Shown: positions 18,910-28,624, counted from the first letter of the stretch. The stretch: 56,236 nucleotides of DNA from Gemmatimonadaceae bacterium (GCA_040902005.1 JBBDYA010000135.1:1-56236); one strand, 5' to 3'. Notes: generated from the letters alone by a model not told the origin. Program-made: numbers and translations.

Positions 18910-21900
18910 GTGCCGCCGCGTGTCGCGCCCGGATGGCGCGGTGCGGGGTGGATCGTCGCGTTGTCCATCGCGCTGCTGGCCACGAGCCGGTGGCTCGGCG
19001 CCACGTCGGTAGAGTATCTCGTCCTGGGCGCGACCGCCACGGCCATCGGTGGCGCGCTGGTTCGCGAGATTCGCGCGCCGCAGCGCGGCTGGGCGGTCGC
19101 GTCCGTCTCCGCGCTGGCGCTTGGGCTCGCCGTCAGTGCCGTCTCCCAGTCGCGCCTTGCCCGGCTGGATCAGCAGTGGGACGCGGAGCAGGCACGCGCC
19201 GCGCAGGCGTCACTCGCCGAGCTGGAGCGGCGTGTCAGCGCGGCGGCGGTGGAGTTGCGGTCGCATTCCGCCCGGGCGCTTACGGCGCCCGGCGAGCGCG
19301 GCGCGGCGTTCCGGTTCCTCGCGACCGGCGCGGTCAACAGCAGTGAGGCTGGGGGTGGGGGTGGGGGTGGGGGGCACGCCGTGGCCCTGTTCCGCGGCGA
19401 TTCGTTGCACGCCTGGAGTGGCCGGCCGCGCGTTCGACTGGACGCACTCGAGGACTCGCTGGGCGTGACCGGCGGCCCGTTCTACCTCTCGCTGTACACC
19501 GTGTCGGACAGCGGCGGCGCGCGCGCGGTCGCGACCCGCGTGCTGTACGCCGCGTCACCGGCGGACCGGATGGCGCGCTCGCTCGGGGACGACGTTGCCG
19601 AGCGCACTGGCATGGCGGGATTCCATTTCGTGGCGCCCGCGGACTCCGCGCTGATTCCAGACGGCCGCGTCGTGCGCGTGGAGGGCCGGGCGTTGTTCGC
19701 GGTGGGCGCGGAGCCGCTGACGAAAGGCGAGGTCACGCTGCGGCTGCTCGAGCGCGCGCGCCTCTGGGTGGGAATGCTGCTCGGCGTGTCGCTGGCGTGC
19801 TTCATCGTCGCGGCGTGGCGCGGGCGGCGTGGACTGCGCTGGCGCGCGGGCCTCGCGGCCGTGGGCCTGGCGTGCGTGGCGCTCACGCCGCTCAGCGCGT
19901 TTTCGAACTACTCGCGGCTCTTCGATCCGTCGCTGTACTACACGCCGCTCGGCGGGCCGCTGACGGCGAACGCCGGGGCGCTTGCCGTGACGAGCGCGCT
20001 GGTACTGCTCGTGCTGCTCGCGGCCGTGCGCCGGCAGGCCCGGCTGCGCGCGCGCTGGGTGGCGGCGCTCGCCGTGGTGATCGTGACGGGCATCGGCCCA
20101 TTCCTGCTCCGGGACCTCGCCCGCGGCATACAGATTCCCTCATACGGGGTGAGCCCATCGCTCTGGCTCATCTGGGAAGTGCCGCTGTTTCTCGCGGCGG
20201 TGTCGGTGATTCTGGCCGGCGCGGCGGCGGGGAGCGCGCTCGCCGGCCCCGCGCGCGGGCTGCCGCCGCTGGTCGCGCCGGCGCTCGCGGTGCTGGCCGC
20301 CGTCATCGCGCCGGTCGTCTGGGAGGCACCCGGCCAGTTCCCCTGGTGGTACACCATTCTCTGGGCGGCCGCCATCGCGGCGCTGGCCGTCTCCCGGCGA
20401 TCGCCCACGGTCGTCATCGCGGCCGCCACCGTCGCCGCACTCGGCGCCACCACCCTCGTCTGGGGCGCGACGACGCGGGCGCGCGTGCGACTGGCGGAGC
20501 AGGAAGTCGCGTTGCTGGGCACCGGCGACCCCTACGCCCGGACGCTCGCGGAACGCCTGGCGGACCAGTTCCGGGATGCCTCCGCGATGGATCAGCGCGC
20601 CCTGCTCGAGCAGTACGCCACGTCGGATCTTGCCGCGTCGGGATTTCCCGTGTGGCTCGCGGCCTGGCGCACTCCCGCCGCGCCATCGGCAACGCTGGCC
20701 ACGGCGTCGTTCCACGTGCCGCTCGACTCCCTGCGCGTGCTGGTCGCGACCGCGGAGCGGCAGCGCCGCCAGCTCGGCGCTGCGCTGCCGGGGGAACCCG
20801 CGCTGGAACACGCGATCGCGATTCCGCTGGACAGCGGTGTGGTGACGATCGTCGTGGCGCCGAAGTCCCGCCTCATTCCGCCCGACCCGTTCGCGCGCCT
20901 GCTCGGCGTCGAGGCGTTGCCGGATGCCGAGCCACCCTACCTGGTGCAGACGGCGTCCCTCGCGCGGCCGCCGTCGGCGGGCACGCGGCCGGAATGGCGC
21001 CGCGAGGGGAACGAGCTCCACGGCGACTGGATCGCGCTCACGGGCACCGGCCTCGCGCGCATCCACGCGGAGGTCGAGTTGCGATCGCTGGAGGCGCTCG
21101 TGCAGCGCGGCACGTTGATCGTGCTGCTGAACCTCGGGATCGTGGGCTTGCTGTGGATGACCAGCGTGCTCGCCGACGGCATCGCCGTGCGCTGGGTGGC
21201 CGTGCGCCGCCGCCGCTGGGCGCGCAGCTATCGCATCCGGCTCACGGTTGCCCTGTTCGCGTTCTTCATGGTGCCCGCCGTCGCCTTCGCGGTATGGTCG
21301 TATCAGCAGCTGTCATCGGACGCCACGCGCTCGCGCGAGCTGCTGGTGCGCGAGACCCTGCGCGCCGTGGAGCCGTCCACGGCCGGGGGAGCCTGGGTCT
21401 TGCGTGAAAGCCGGCGGCTTCAGGCGCCGCTGCTGCTGTACGATCGGGGTGAGCTGACCGCGGCCAGCGACACCCTCCTGATCGAGCTCGCGCCCATCGG
21501 GCGGCTGCTGGGCGCACAGGTGGCAGAGGCGCTCCTGGTGCATGGCGAGGTGACGGCGCACCGGATGGAGCGGGTGGCGGCGTCGGAGGCGCTGTTCGGG
21601 TATCGCGCGCTCGAAGTGGGCCCGGGCCGCCTGGCGGTGCTCGCCGCGCCCGCGCGGGCGGACGATCTCGCCCTCGGCCGGCGCGGACGCGACCTGGGCG
21701 TGCTCGTCCTGTTCGCCACGGCGATCGGCGCGCTCGCGGCGCTCTGGCTGAGCGGGATCGCCGCGCGCCAGCTCGCGCGTCCCATCGGCTCCCTGCGCCG
21801 GGCGGCGCTGGCGCTGGCGGGCGGAGAGCGCGAGCCCACGCTGGAAGGCCAGCCGACGGCGGAATTTCTTCCCGTGTTCGCCGCGTTCCGGCGCATGATG

Positions 21901-22917
21901 TCCGACCTGAATGCCAGCCGTTCCGCGCTGGAAGAGGCGCAGCGCCGGACGGCCACGGTGCTCCGCAACGCCGCGAGCGGCGTGATCGCGGTCGACGACG
22001 ATGGCGCGGTCACGTTGGCCAATCCGCGCGCGGACGAACTGCTCGGTGCCCGGCTGCCGCCCGGGACGCGCCTCCTGGACGTTGGTCCCGGGGAGCTCGC
22101 CGCGCGGGTGAACGGGTTTCTTGCCGGCGACCACGACGACGAGGCGTTCGAGATGCCGCACGGCGACCAGCAGTGGCGCGGCCGGCTGACGCGCCTCGCG
22201 CGGGGGGGAGCGGTCCTCACCCTGGACGACGTGTCGGAGATCGCGCGGGCCGAGCGTGTGCTCGCCTGGGGCGAGATGGCGCGGCAGGTCGCGCACGAGA
22301 TCAAGAATCCGCTGACGCCGATCCGGCTCGGTGTGCAGCATCTGCGGCGGGCGCGGGCCGACCGGCGCGTGGACTTCGACCACGTGCTGGATCAGAACGT
22401 CGAGCGGATCCTCAAAGAGATCGACCGCCTGGACGAGATCGCGCGCGATTTCAGCCGGTACGGTCAGCCGCCGGAGCAGCGCGCACCCGCGGAGCCCACG
22501 GATGTCGCGGCGATCGCGCGCGACGTGGTGGCGCTCGAGGCCATGGGCGGGGAAACGGTCTCGTGGTCGGTGCGTGGGGCAGACAGTCCGCTGCTCGCCT
22601 TCGCGCGCCACGACGAACTGCGGCAGGCGCTCCTCAACGTGTTCGAGAACGCGCGGCTCGCGAAGGCCACGGACGTCGTCGCCACGCTGCACGCCCGCGA
22701 CGGCCGCGTGATCCTCTCGGCGCGCGACAACGGGCAGGGCATTCCCGCCGCCGTCCTGCCCCGCATCTTCGAGCCGCACTTCTCGACGCGCACCAGCGGC
22801 AGTGGACTGGGCCTCGCGATCAGCCGGCGGATGATCGAAGGCTGGGGGGGCACGATGACGCTCGCCAGCGAGGAGGGCAGGGGAACCGAGGTGACGATCG
22901 TCCTGCGCCAGGCGTAG
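18910..22917 (+). CDS. Large multi-TM sensor histidine kinase (HAMP-PAS-HisKA-HATPase; NtrY-like C-terminus)
   Basis: Many TM segments, AWGEMARQVAHEIKNPLTP H-box, LLNVFENA, DNGQG, IFEPHFST, GSGLGL. Start uncertain (GTG 18910 chosen). Confidence 0.9.
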   Translation: MPPRVAPGWRGAGWIVALSIALLATSRWLGATSVEYLVLGATATAIGGALVREIRAPQRGWAVASVSALALGLAVSAVSQSRLARLDQQWDAEQARAAQASLAELERRVSAAAVELRSHSARALTAPGERGAAFRFLATGAVNSSEAGGGGGGGGHAVALFRGDSLHAWSGRPRVRLDALEDSLGVTGGPFYLSLYTVSDSGGARAVATRVLYAASPADRMARSLGDDVAERTGMAGFHFVAPADSALIPDGRVVRVEGRALFAVGAEPLTKGEVTLRLLERARLWVGMLLGVSLACFIVAAWRGRRGLRWRAGLAAVGLACVALTPLSAFSNYSRLFDPSLYYTPLGGPLTANAGALAVTSALVLLVLLAAVRRQARLRARWVAALAVVIVTGIGPFLLRDLARGIQIPSYGVSPSLWLIWEVPLFLAAVSVILAGAAAGSALAGPARGLPPLVAPALAVLAAVIAPVVWEAPGQFPWWYTILWAAAIAALAVSRRSPTVVIAAATVAALGATTLVWGATTRARVRLAEQEVALLGTGDPYARTLAERLADQFRDASAMDQRALLEQYATSDLAASGFPVWLAAWRTPAAPSATLATASFHVPLDSLRVLVATAERQRRQLGAALPGEPALEHAIAIPLDSGVVTIVVAPKSRLIPPDPFARLLGVEALPDAEPPYLVQTASLARPPSAGTRPEWRREGNELHGDWIALTGTGLARIHAEVELRSLEALVQRGTLIVLLNLGIVGLLWMTSVLADGIAVRWVAVRRRRWARSYRIRLTVALFAFFMVPAVAFAVWSYQQLSSDATRSRELLVRETLRAVEPSTAGGAWVLRESRRLQAPLLLYDRGELTAASDTLLIELAPIGRLLGAQVAEALLVHGEVTAHRMERVAASEALFGYRALEVGPGRLAVLAAPARADDLALGRRGRDLGVLVLFATAIGALAALWLSGIAARQLARPIGSLRRAALALAGGEREPTLEGQPTAEFLPVFAAFRRMMSDLNASRSALEEAQRRTATVLRNAASGVIAVDDDGAVTLANPRADELLGARLPPGTRLLDVGPGELAARVNGFLAGDHDDEAFEMPHGDQQWRGRLTRLARGGAVLTLDDVSEIARAERVLAWGEMARQVAHEIKNPLTPIRLGVQHLRRARADRRVDFDHVLDQNVERILKEIDRLDEIARDFSRYGQPPEQRAPAEPTDVAAIARDVVALEAMGGETVSWSVRGADSPLLAFARHDELRQALLNVFENARLAKATDVVATLHARDGRVILSARDNGQGIPAAVLPRIFEPHFSTRTSGSGLGLAISRRMIEGWGGTMTLASEEGRGTEVTIVLRQA
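19351..19374 (+). repeat. (GGGGGT)3GGGGGG tract encoding poly-Gly
   Basis: Read directly; hexamer unit is frame-preserving. Confidence 0.8.
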
Positions 22918-23103
22918 GGAGCTCTGAAAAAGGGCGTGTAGGAAAGCGCGATGGCTCCCCGAGCGCGAGCGTAGTATCAATACTGAGACGGTGTCCCGGA
23001 TGCACTTGGGAGGAGTTCCGCCTAGTCGTCTCAGTATTGATACTGGCTCGCGCCACGGGGAGCCATCGCGCTGTCCTGCTCGCCCTTTTCAGACCTTCTC
23101 TGA
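22915..23103. mobile_element. Long-hairpin MITE-like element between convergent genes
   Basis: Perfect 18-bp stem 22973-22990/23027-23044 and perfect 17-bp stem 22945-22961/23056-23072. Ends TAGGGAGCTCTGAAAA / TTTTCAGACCTTCTCT. Confidence 0.7.
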
Positions 23104-23133
23104 GCGGGCGCGATCGGCCCCGTCGGGTGTGGT

Positions 23134-24876
23134 CTACTCGTCCACGCCGGCCGGCACGAACCGCCTCCACCACGGCACCTCCTGGTCGCGCTCGAGCACC
23201 ACCCGCACCACCTCGCGCCACGCCTGCTGCATTGCCTGCGCGTCCGCGAAGCGATCCGTTGTCGTGGACGCCATTGCGCGCGTGACCCACGCGCCCACCT
23301 CGGGCTGGAGCGCCGAGACGTCGAGCTGATCCGCCAGCATGCGGGCGAGGATAACCTTCGAGTCCTCATCGCCGAACGGTGGCGAGCCCACGAGCGTGAA
23401 GTACAGGATCGCCGCGAGCGAGAAGAGGTCGGCCGACGCGTCCTGCGGCTCACCCAGCAATTGCTCGGGCGGCGCGAACGCGGGGGTTCCCGACGAGCCC
23501 GCGGCGTCTTCGCCCGCGATGTTCGCAATACCGAAGTCCGCGATGCGCCACCGGCGGTACCGGTCGATGAGCACGTTCTCTGGCTTGAGATCCCGGTGGA
23601 TGACGCCAATGGCGTGCGCGGCGATCAGCGCGTCGAGCACGGCGTCGATCTGCGGGGCCACCTCGTGCAGCGGACGCTTGCCCTTGGCCTTCACCAGCTC
23701 CGCGACGGAACCGCTCTCGGCGAGCTCCATGGTGTACCACGACACGTCGCCGCGGGAATCGAAGTCGTAGATCGGCACGATCGCGGGATGGGCCAGTTGC
23801 GCGGTGAGCTGCGCCTCGCGCCGAAAGCGCGCCACGGTCCGGTCGTCGCGCGCGATGTGCGGGTGCAGCAGCTTGAGCGCCACCTCGCGGCCCAGGGACA
23901 GGTCGCGCACGCGCCATACCGATCCGAAGGATCCCGTGCCGATCTTCGTGATGACGTCGTAGTCGTCGCCCGCGGCCCAGCGCAGGCGCATTTCCTCGGT
24001 GTCGTGCGTGCCGGAGATCCAGATCTCGCCGCTCGTGGCCATCTGCGTGCGCCCGCCGATCACGCGGTCCGCGGCGCGGAGCATCGCCGTCACCGAGGGA
24101 AATCGGTCCTCGGGTCGCGCGGACAGGGCCTTATCGATGACCGTCGCGAGCTTCTTGGGCATGTCGGGCCGCACGAGCGCGAGCGGCGGCGCGTTGGACG
24201 GCGGGGGCATCTCCGACGTGAGCGAGTAGAAGCACAGCGCGGCCAGCTGCCACTGGTCGGTGGCGGGCGTCGGAATCCAGCGCCCGTCGGCCCACTCCGC
24301 CGGATCCGGCGCCCAGGCGGTGTCCGGGCGCAGGCCGTCGGGCAGTTCGGCGGTCGGCAGGGCCCACTGCCAGCCCAACAGCCAGATGCGTCCCATCGGG
24401 GTGGACCAGACGGACTCCGGCGAGACGTTCCCATGCACCTGGCCGCTGTCGTGCAGATAGCTGAGCGCCGACCCCACGTCGCGAATGAGGCGCAGTGTGG
24501 TCTGCAGGTCGTTGGGGCCGGCGCGCTTGATGTGCGCGCCGATCGTTTCGCCCGCGATCCAGCGGCGGAGGTAGCCGGGGCCGCGGCGCGCGTCGCCGTA
24601 GATCGCCCAGTAGTGGTAGGTCGTTGGGGCCGCCGGATGGTTCCGGTGCGCGAGGTGACGCGCCTCGGACTCGAGCCACGCGGCGTGCTTCGCGTCCGGC
24701 ACGCTGACCAGCGACAACGAACGCCCCAGCGCGTCCACGAGCTCCTGGTAGTGCCGGTGCTCGAAGAACACCCCTTCGGCACCCCACGACCACGCGGGCG
24801 GCAGCAGCCAGTCCGCCAGGTGGGGCGGCAGCGCGGTGCGGATGTAGGGGGAACCGCCTCCCGGAATCACTGACAT
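23134..24876 (-). CDS. Ser/Thr protein kinase with an N-terminal degenerate kinase domain (tandem kinase)
   Basis: C-terminal domain has GTGSFG, VALK, HRDLKPEN, DFG, GTPAFAPPEQ, DLFS. N-terminal domain has ALSYLH, HGNVSPESV, LLGW, DQWQL, RPEDRF. Confidence 0.9.
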   Translation of the reverse strand: MSVIPGGGSPYIRTALPPHLADWLLPPAWSWGAEGVFFEHRHYQELVDALGRSLSLVSVPDAKHAAWLESEARHLAHRNHPAAPTTYHYWAIYGDARRGPGYLRRWIAGETIGAHIKRAGPNDLQTTLRLIRDVGSALSYLHDSGQVHGNVSPESVWSTPMGRIWLLGWQWALPTAELPDGLRPDTAWAPDPAEWADGRWIPTPATDQWQLAALCFYSLTSEMPPPSNAPPLALVRPDMPKKLATVIDKALSARPEDRFPSVTAMLRAADRVIGGRTQMATSGEIWISGTHDTEEMRLRWAAGDDYDVITKIGTGSFGSVWRVRDLSLGREVALKLLHPHIARDDRTVARFRREAQLTAQLAHPAIVPIYDFDSRGDVSWYTMELAESGSVAELVKAKGKRPLHEVAPQIDAVLDALIAAHAIGVIHRDLKPENVLIDRYRRWRIADFGIANIAGEDAAGSSGTPAFAPPEQLLGEPQDASADLFSLAAILYFTLVGSPPFGDEDSKVILARMLADQLDVSALQPEVGAWVTRAMASTTTDRFADAQAMQQAWREVVRVVLERDQEVPWWRRFVPAGVDE

Positions 24877-24894
24877 GTGCGCCGACCGACCGTG

Positions 24895-25209
24895 CTACAT
24901 CCGTGATTCAGACAGGATCTCCTGGGCCGCGCTCGACAGGTCGTGCAACATGGCGACGTCCGGCAGGACGGTCACCTCCACGAGCTGCACGGCCAGCGAC
25001 GTGCCGTCCCGGGGGGTGGACGACGCGAGCGACGGCACGTGCAGTGTGACGCCCACCACCCGCCACATGGTGCTCGGACGGCTCGTTTGCCCGTCGCGAT
25101 CCACCGTATCGAGCTGGAGCACCTCACCGCGCGCGGGCACGCAGGCGCTCTGACACTCGGCCAGGACCTGTTCGTTGCGGTCGTGTCGGACGATGCGGAG
25201 GATGAACAT
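24895..25209 (-). CDS. Small hypothetical protein
   Basis: MFILRIVRHD..VPARGEVL..WRVVGVT, 104 aa, ending 18 bp before the kinase start. Confidence 0.65.
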   Translation of the reverse strand: MFILRIVRHDRNEQVLAECQSACVPARGEVLQLDTVDRDGQTSRPSTMWRVVGVTLHVPSLASSTPRDGTSLAVQLVEVTVLPDVAMLHDLSSAAQEILSESRM

Positions 25210-25319
25210 GGGAAGTACATGCAAAGCTATGTGGTTCCTGAAGCTGCGACCAGAGTACGCGGTGAAACTCCCCGCGGCGGCCGGCGTACGAGAGGGAGAG
25301 ACCGATCCGGAGGACAACG

Positions 25320-25604
25320 GTGCTTGATCTACTCGCATTTGCGGCGACGATGCTCGCTGGCGTATTTGGCTATTTCACGGCTCGGCGATTCGTGCGCGAC
25401 CGTCTCAAGTTCGTGGACGCGGCGCAAACCATGCGCGCCCCGCTGATCGCCGGTCTGGTCGCGTGGGCCGTCGCGATGCCGCTCGTGCTGATCCTGCCGC
25501 TGGTCGGCACGGGAGCCGCGCTGCTCTTCGGCGTCTCGGTGGCGCTTGGCGTTCGCGCGGGAGCGAAGGACATCCGGACCGAGCGCCGCATCAGCGCCGG
25601 ATGA
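25320..25604 (+). CDS. Small membrane protein
   Basis: GGAGGA RBS, GTG start, about 3 hydrophobic segments. Confidence 0.7.
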   Translation: MLDLLAFAATMLAGVFGYFTARRFVRDRLKFVDAAQTMRAPLIAGLVAWAVAMPLVLILPLVGTGAALLFGVSVALGVRAGAKDIRTERRISAG

Positions 25605-27111
25605 CTTCGGCCTGCGGGCGGTAGCGGAGCGCCTCGGCCACGTGCGGCGGATCGATGCGCTCGTCGCAGGCCAGGTCGGCGATGGTGCGCGCCACCTTCA
25701 CTACCCGATTGTAACCGCGCGCCGACAGGGCGAGCGATTCCGCCGCTGAGTCGAGCAGCGCGCGCGCATCGGCTGTGAGCTGGCGCAGCAGCAGGCGCCC
25801 AGGCACGCCGCCGTTGCAGCGGGCTCCATCTGTCAGTCGGTAGCGGCTGCGCTGCCGACCGCGCGCCGCCTCCACCCGCTCGCGCACGCGCGCCGACGAT
25901 TCTGCGGCAGCGACCTCGCCGAGTGAGCGGAGCGGCACGGGAGCCAGGGTGAGGTGCAGGTCGATACGGTCCAGCAGCGGCCCCGAGAGACGCGAGCGAT
26001 AGCGTGCGATCTCAGGCAACGAGCAGAGGCAGACACGCGATGAATCGCCCGCATGCCCGCAGGGACAGGGATTCATCGCGGCCACGAGCATGAAACGCGC
26101 GGGGTAGCACACCACAGTCAACGCGCGTGCGATCACCACGCGCCCGTCCTCCAGCGGCTGCCGCAGCGCCTCCAGGGTGTGGCGGGGAAACTCCAGCAGT
26201 TCATCGAGGAACAGAACACCATGATGCGCCAGGCTTGCCTCGCCGGGACGGGGATTTCCGCCGCCGCCGATGAGCCCCGCCGTGGACACCGAGTGGTGCG
26301 GCGCCCGAAAGGGGCGCTGGGCGGCGATCACGGTCGCGCCATTGACCATGCCGGCCACCGAGTGGATGGCGGTGACCTCCAGCGTCTCTTCCTCGGTGAG
26401 CGACGGAAGGATGGACGGCAATCGTCGCGCGAGCATGGTCTTGCCCGCGCCGGGCGGTCCGATCAGCAGCACGTTGTGGCCACCAGCGGCCGCGACCTCC
26501 AGCACGCGCTTGCCGCTTTCCTGCCCCACGACGTCGCTGAAATCCGTGGTCTCGGCGGCGGCGCGCGTCGCCTCCGGGCGCGATGCGGCCGGGAGCGCGC
26601 CCGACCTGAGCCATCCCACCAGTTCTCCGATGGACGCCGGCGCGCACAAGGCCAGGTCGCGCACCAGGGATGCCTCTCCGATGCTCGACGTGGGGAGCAC
26701 CAGCGTGCGCCGCCGATCGTGCTGCGACAGTCGCCGCGCCACGGACAGCGCGCCCCGCACGGGCCGCACGCTGCCATCCAGGCCCAGCTCGCCCAGGAAC
26801 ACCGCGTCGCGCACGCTCGCCTCGGGGACGACGCCGAAGGCGACCAGTACCGCGACCGCGATCGGAAGGTCGAAGGCTGTGCCGGTCTTGGCGACATCCG
26901 CCGGCGCCAGATTGACCGTGATCCGGCGCGGCGGAAGATCGATCCCGGCGTTCGCGAGCGCCGACGACACGCGTTCGCGGCTTTCCTTCACCGAACCAGC
27001 CGGCATGCCCACGATCGTCCACTGGGGAAGGCCGCGCGTGCAGTCCACCTCGACGGTGACGTCAAAGGCGTCCACGCCAAGGACCGCGGCGGAGCGAACG
27101 GCGGCAAGCAT
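25591..27111 (-). CDS. comM: YifB/ComM Mg-chelatase-like AAA+ ATPase
   Basis: VKESRERV, ITVNLAPA, GPPGAGKT, RPFRAPHH, PGEASLAHHGVLFLDE, AAMNPCPCG, SGPLLDRID, ARTIADL. Confidence 0.95.
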   Translation of the reverse strand: MLAAVRSAAVLGVDAFDVTVEVDCTRGLPQWTIVGMPAGSVKESRERVSSALANAGIDLPPRRITVNLAPADVAKTGTAFDLPIAVAVLVAFGVVPEASVRDAVFLGELGLDGSVRPVRGALSVARRLSQHDRRRTLVLPTSSIGEASLVRDLALCAPASIGELVGWLRSGALPAASRPEATRAAAETTDFSDVVGQESGKRVLEVAAAGGHNVLLIGPPGAGKTMLARRLPSILPSLTEEETLEVTAIHSVAGMVNGATVIAAQRPFRAPHHSVSTAGLIGGGGNPRPGEASLAHHGVLFLDELLEFPRHTLEALRQPLEDGRVVIARALTVVCYPARFMLVAAMNPCPCGHAGDSSRVCLCSLPEIARYRSRLSGPLLDRIDLHLTLAPVPLRSLGEVAAAESSARVRERVEAARGRQRSRYRLTDGARCNGGVPGRLLLRQLTADARALLDSAAESLALSARGYNRVVKVARTIADLACDERIDPPHVAEALRYRPQAEVIRR

Positions 27112-27180
27112 GCCGGTAGACTACGCGCCCGGGCGCGGGAGGCCTCACCAAAGGGACGCGACCGGGATCATCCTGACGCG

Positions 27181-27642
27181 TCAGTGTGCCAGGCGCCGCT
27201 CCATCACCGTGGCCGACGCCGGACACGCCGTCGTGAATTCCTCCGTCGCGCGCACGTCCGCCGGCACCGCCTCGCGCGCGATCTTCTGAAACCCGAAGGT
27301 GGGGAAGTAGTGCTCCGCCGTGGTCGTCAGCAGGTACAGCGCGCGCAGCCCGCGGGACTCCGCCTCCGCGATCGCGCGCGACACCACCGCGCGCCCCACG
27401 CCCTTGCTGCGCCACTCGGGGTGCACGGCCACCGAGCGCAGCAGCGCATCGTCGCAGCAGATCTCGAGTCCGGCGACGCCCACCAGCTCGCCCGCCGATT
27501 CGGCGACCACGAAGTTCTCCAGGCACTCCTTCACGCCGGCAAGCGGGAGATCGCTCGCCGTCAGCAACTGTTCCACCGCGGGAAGATCCGCCGGTGTGGC
27601 GGCGCGCACGACGGCGGCCGATGTGTCCGTGAACGAAATCAT
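27181..27642 (-). CDS. arsN2: Arsenic-resistance N-acetyltransferase ArsN2 (GNAT)
   Basis: ALLRSVAV, LYLLTTTAEHYF, GF, EFTTACPASATVM; directly downstream of arsM. Confidence 0.88.
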   Translation of the reverse strand: MISFTDTSAAVVRAATPADLPAVEQLLTASDLPLAGVKECLENFVVAESAGELVGVAGLEICCDDALLRSVAVHPEWRSKGVGRAVVSRAIAEAESRGLRALYLLTTTAEHYFPTFGFQKIAREAVPADVRATEEFTTACPASATVMERRLAH

Positions 27643-27652
27643 GACTCAATCC

Positions 27653-28582
27653 TCAGGAGCAGCAGTTATCGTCGCAACCACAGTCTCTCGTCTTCTTCGC
27701 CTGCGCCAGTGAGGCACGCTTGCCCGGCTTCGTCGCGCGGACGAATCCGCTGAGGAACTTGCCCTCCAGCTGATCCGCCACGGCCGGGTCCAGACCGGTC
27801 CCCTCGATGAGCGCCAGCGCATCCTCCTTCGTGTAGATGCGCGTGGGCTCGATGGCCGGATTCTCGAACCCGACGTCCTTCAGCAGGGAGATGAACTCCT
27901 GCTCGTCCAGCGCGCCGGACACGCAGCCGCTCCACATCTCCATGCTGCGCCGCACGGGTTCCGGCAACTCTCCGCGCGTGATCACGTCGCTCACTGCGAA
28001 CCGTCCGCCCGGCTTCAGCACCCGGAACGCCTCGGCGAGCACCTTCCGCTTGTCGCCGGACAAATTGATGACGCAGTTCGAGATGATCACGTCCACCGTG
28101 TTCGACGGCAGGGGAATCGACTCGATGTGCCCCTTGAGGAACTCGACGTTCGTGGCACCCGCCCTGGCCTTGTTCTCCATCGCCAGCTCCAGCATTTCAT
28201 CCGTCATGTCCAGGCCGAAGGCCTTGCCCGTTGGCCCCACGCGCTTCGCGGACAGCAGCACGTCGATGCCGCCGCCCGAGCCGAGGTCCAGCACCGTCTC
28301 GCCTTCGTGCAGGTCGGCCAGCGCGGTTGGGTTCCCGCAGCCGAGCGACGCCAGCAGCGCCTCGGCAGGGATGCCGGCCGTCTGCCCGGCGTCGTAGAGG
28401 TCGGCGGTGATCGGGTCCCACGTTTCCGTGGTGGCGCCGCAACACCCCGCGGAGCCGGACGCCGGTCCGCAGCATGAGGATTGCTCGCCCGAGCCGGCGC
28501 GCTTCGCAGCCTCGCCGTAGCGGGCCTGCACGGTGGCGCGGATCTCGTCGAGCGTGGTGGGGACCTGTTTCGTGCTGGACAT
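27653..28582 (-). CDS. arsM: Arsenite S-adenosylmethyltransferase
   Basis: SLGCGNP, VLDLGSGGGID, GLDMTDEML, IISNCVINL, WSGCVSGA; Cys-rich termini. Confidence 0.95.
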   Translation of the reverse strand: MSSTKQVPTTLDEIRATVQARYGEAAKRAGSGEQSSCCGPASGSAGCCGATTETWDPITADLYDAGQTAGIPAEALLASLGCGNPTALADLHEGETVLDLGSGGGIDVLLSAKRVGPTGKAFGLDMTDEMLELAMENKARAGATNVEFLKGHIESIPLPSNTVDVIISNCVINLSGDKRKVLAEAFRVLKPGGRFAVSDVITRGELPEPVRRSMEMWSGCVSGALDEQEFISLLKDVGFENPAIEPTRIYTKEDALALIEGTGLDPAVADQLEGKFLSGFVRATKPGKRASLAQAKKTRDCGCDDNCCS

Positions 28583-28592
28583 TGTGGCCTCG

Positions 28593-28608
28593 ATCAAAAA
28601 AAGTTGAT
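28593..28608. promoter_or_regulatory. Second ArsR/SmtB-type operator between arsR and arsM
   Basis: ATCAA-AAAAAG-TTGAT, the same ATCAA-N6-TTGAT pattern as 28963-28978. Confidence 0.7.
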
Positions 28609-28624
28609 GTGTTGAACAAAAAAA

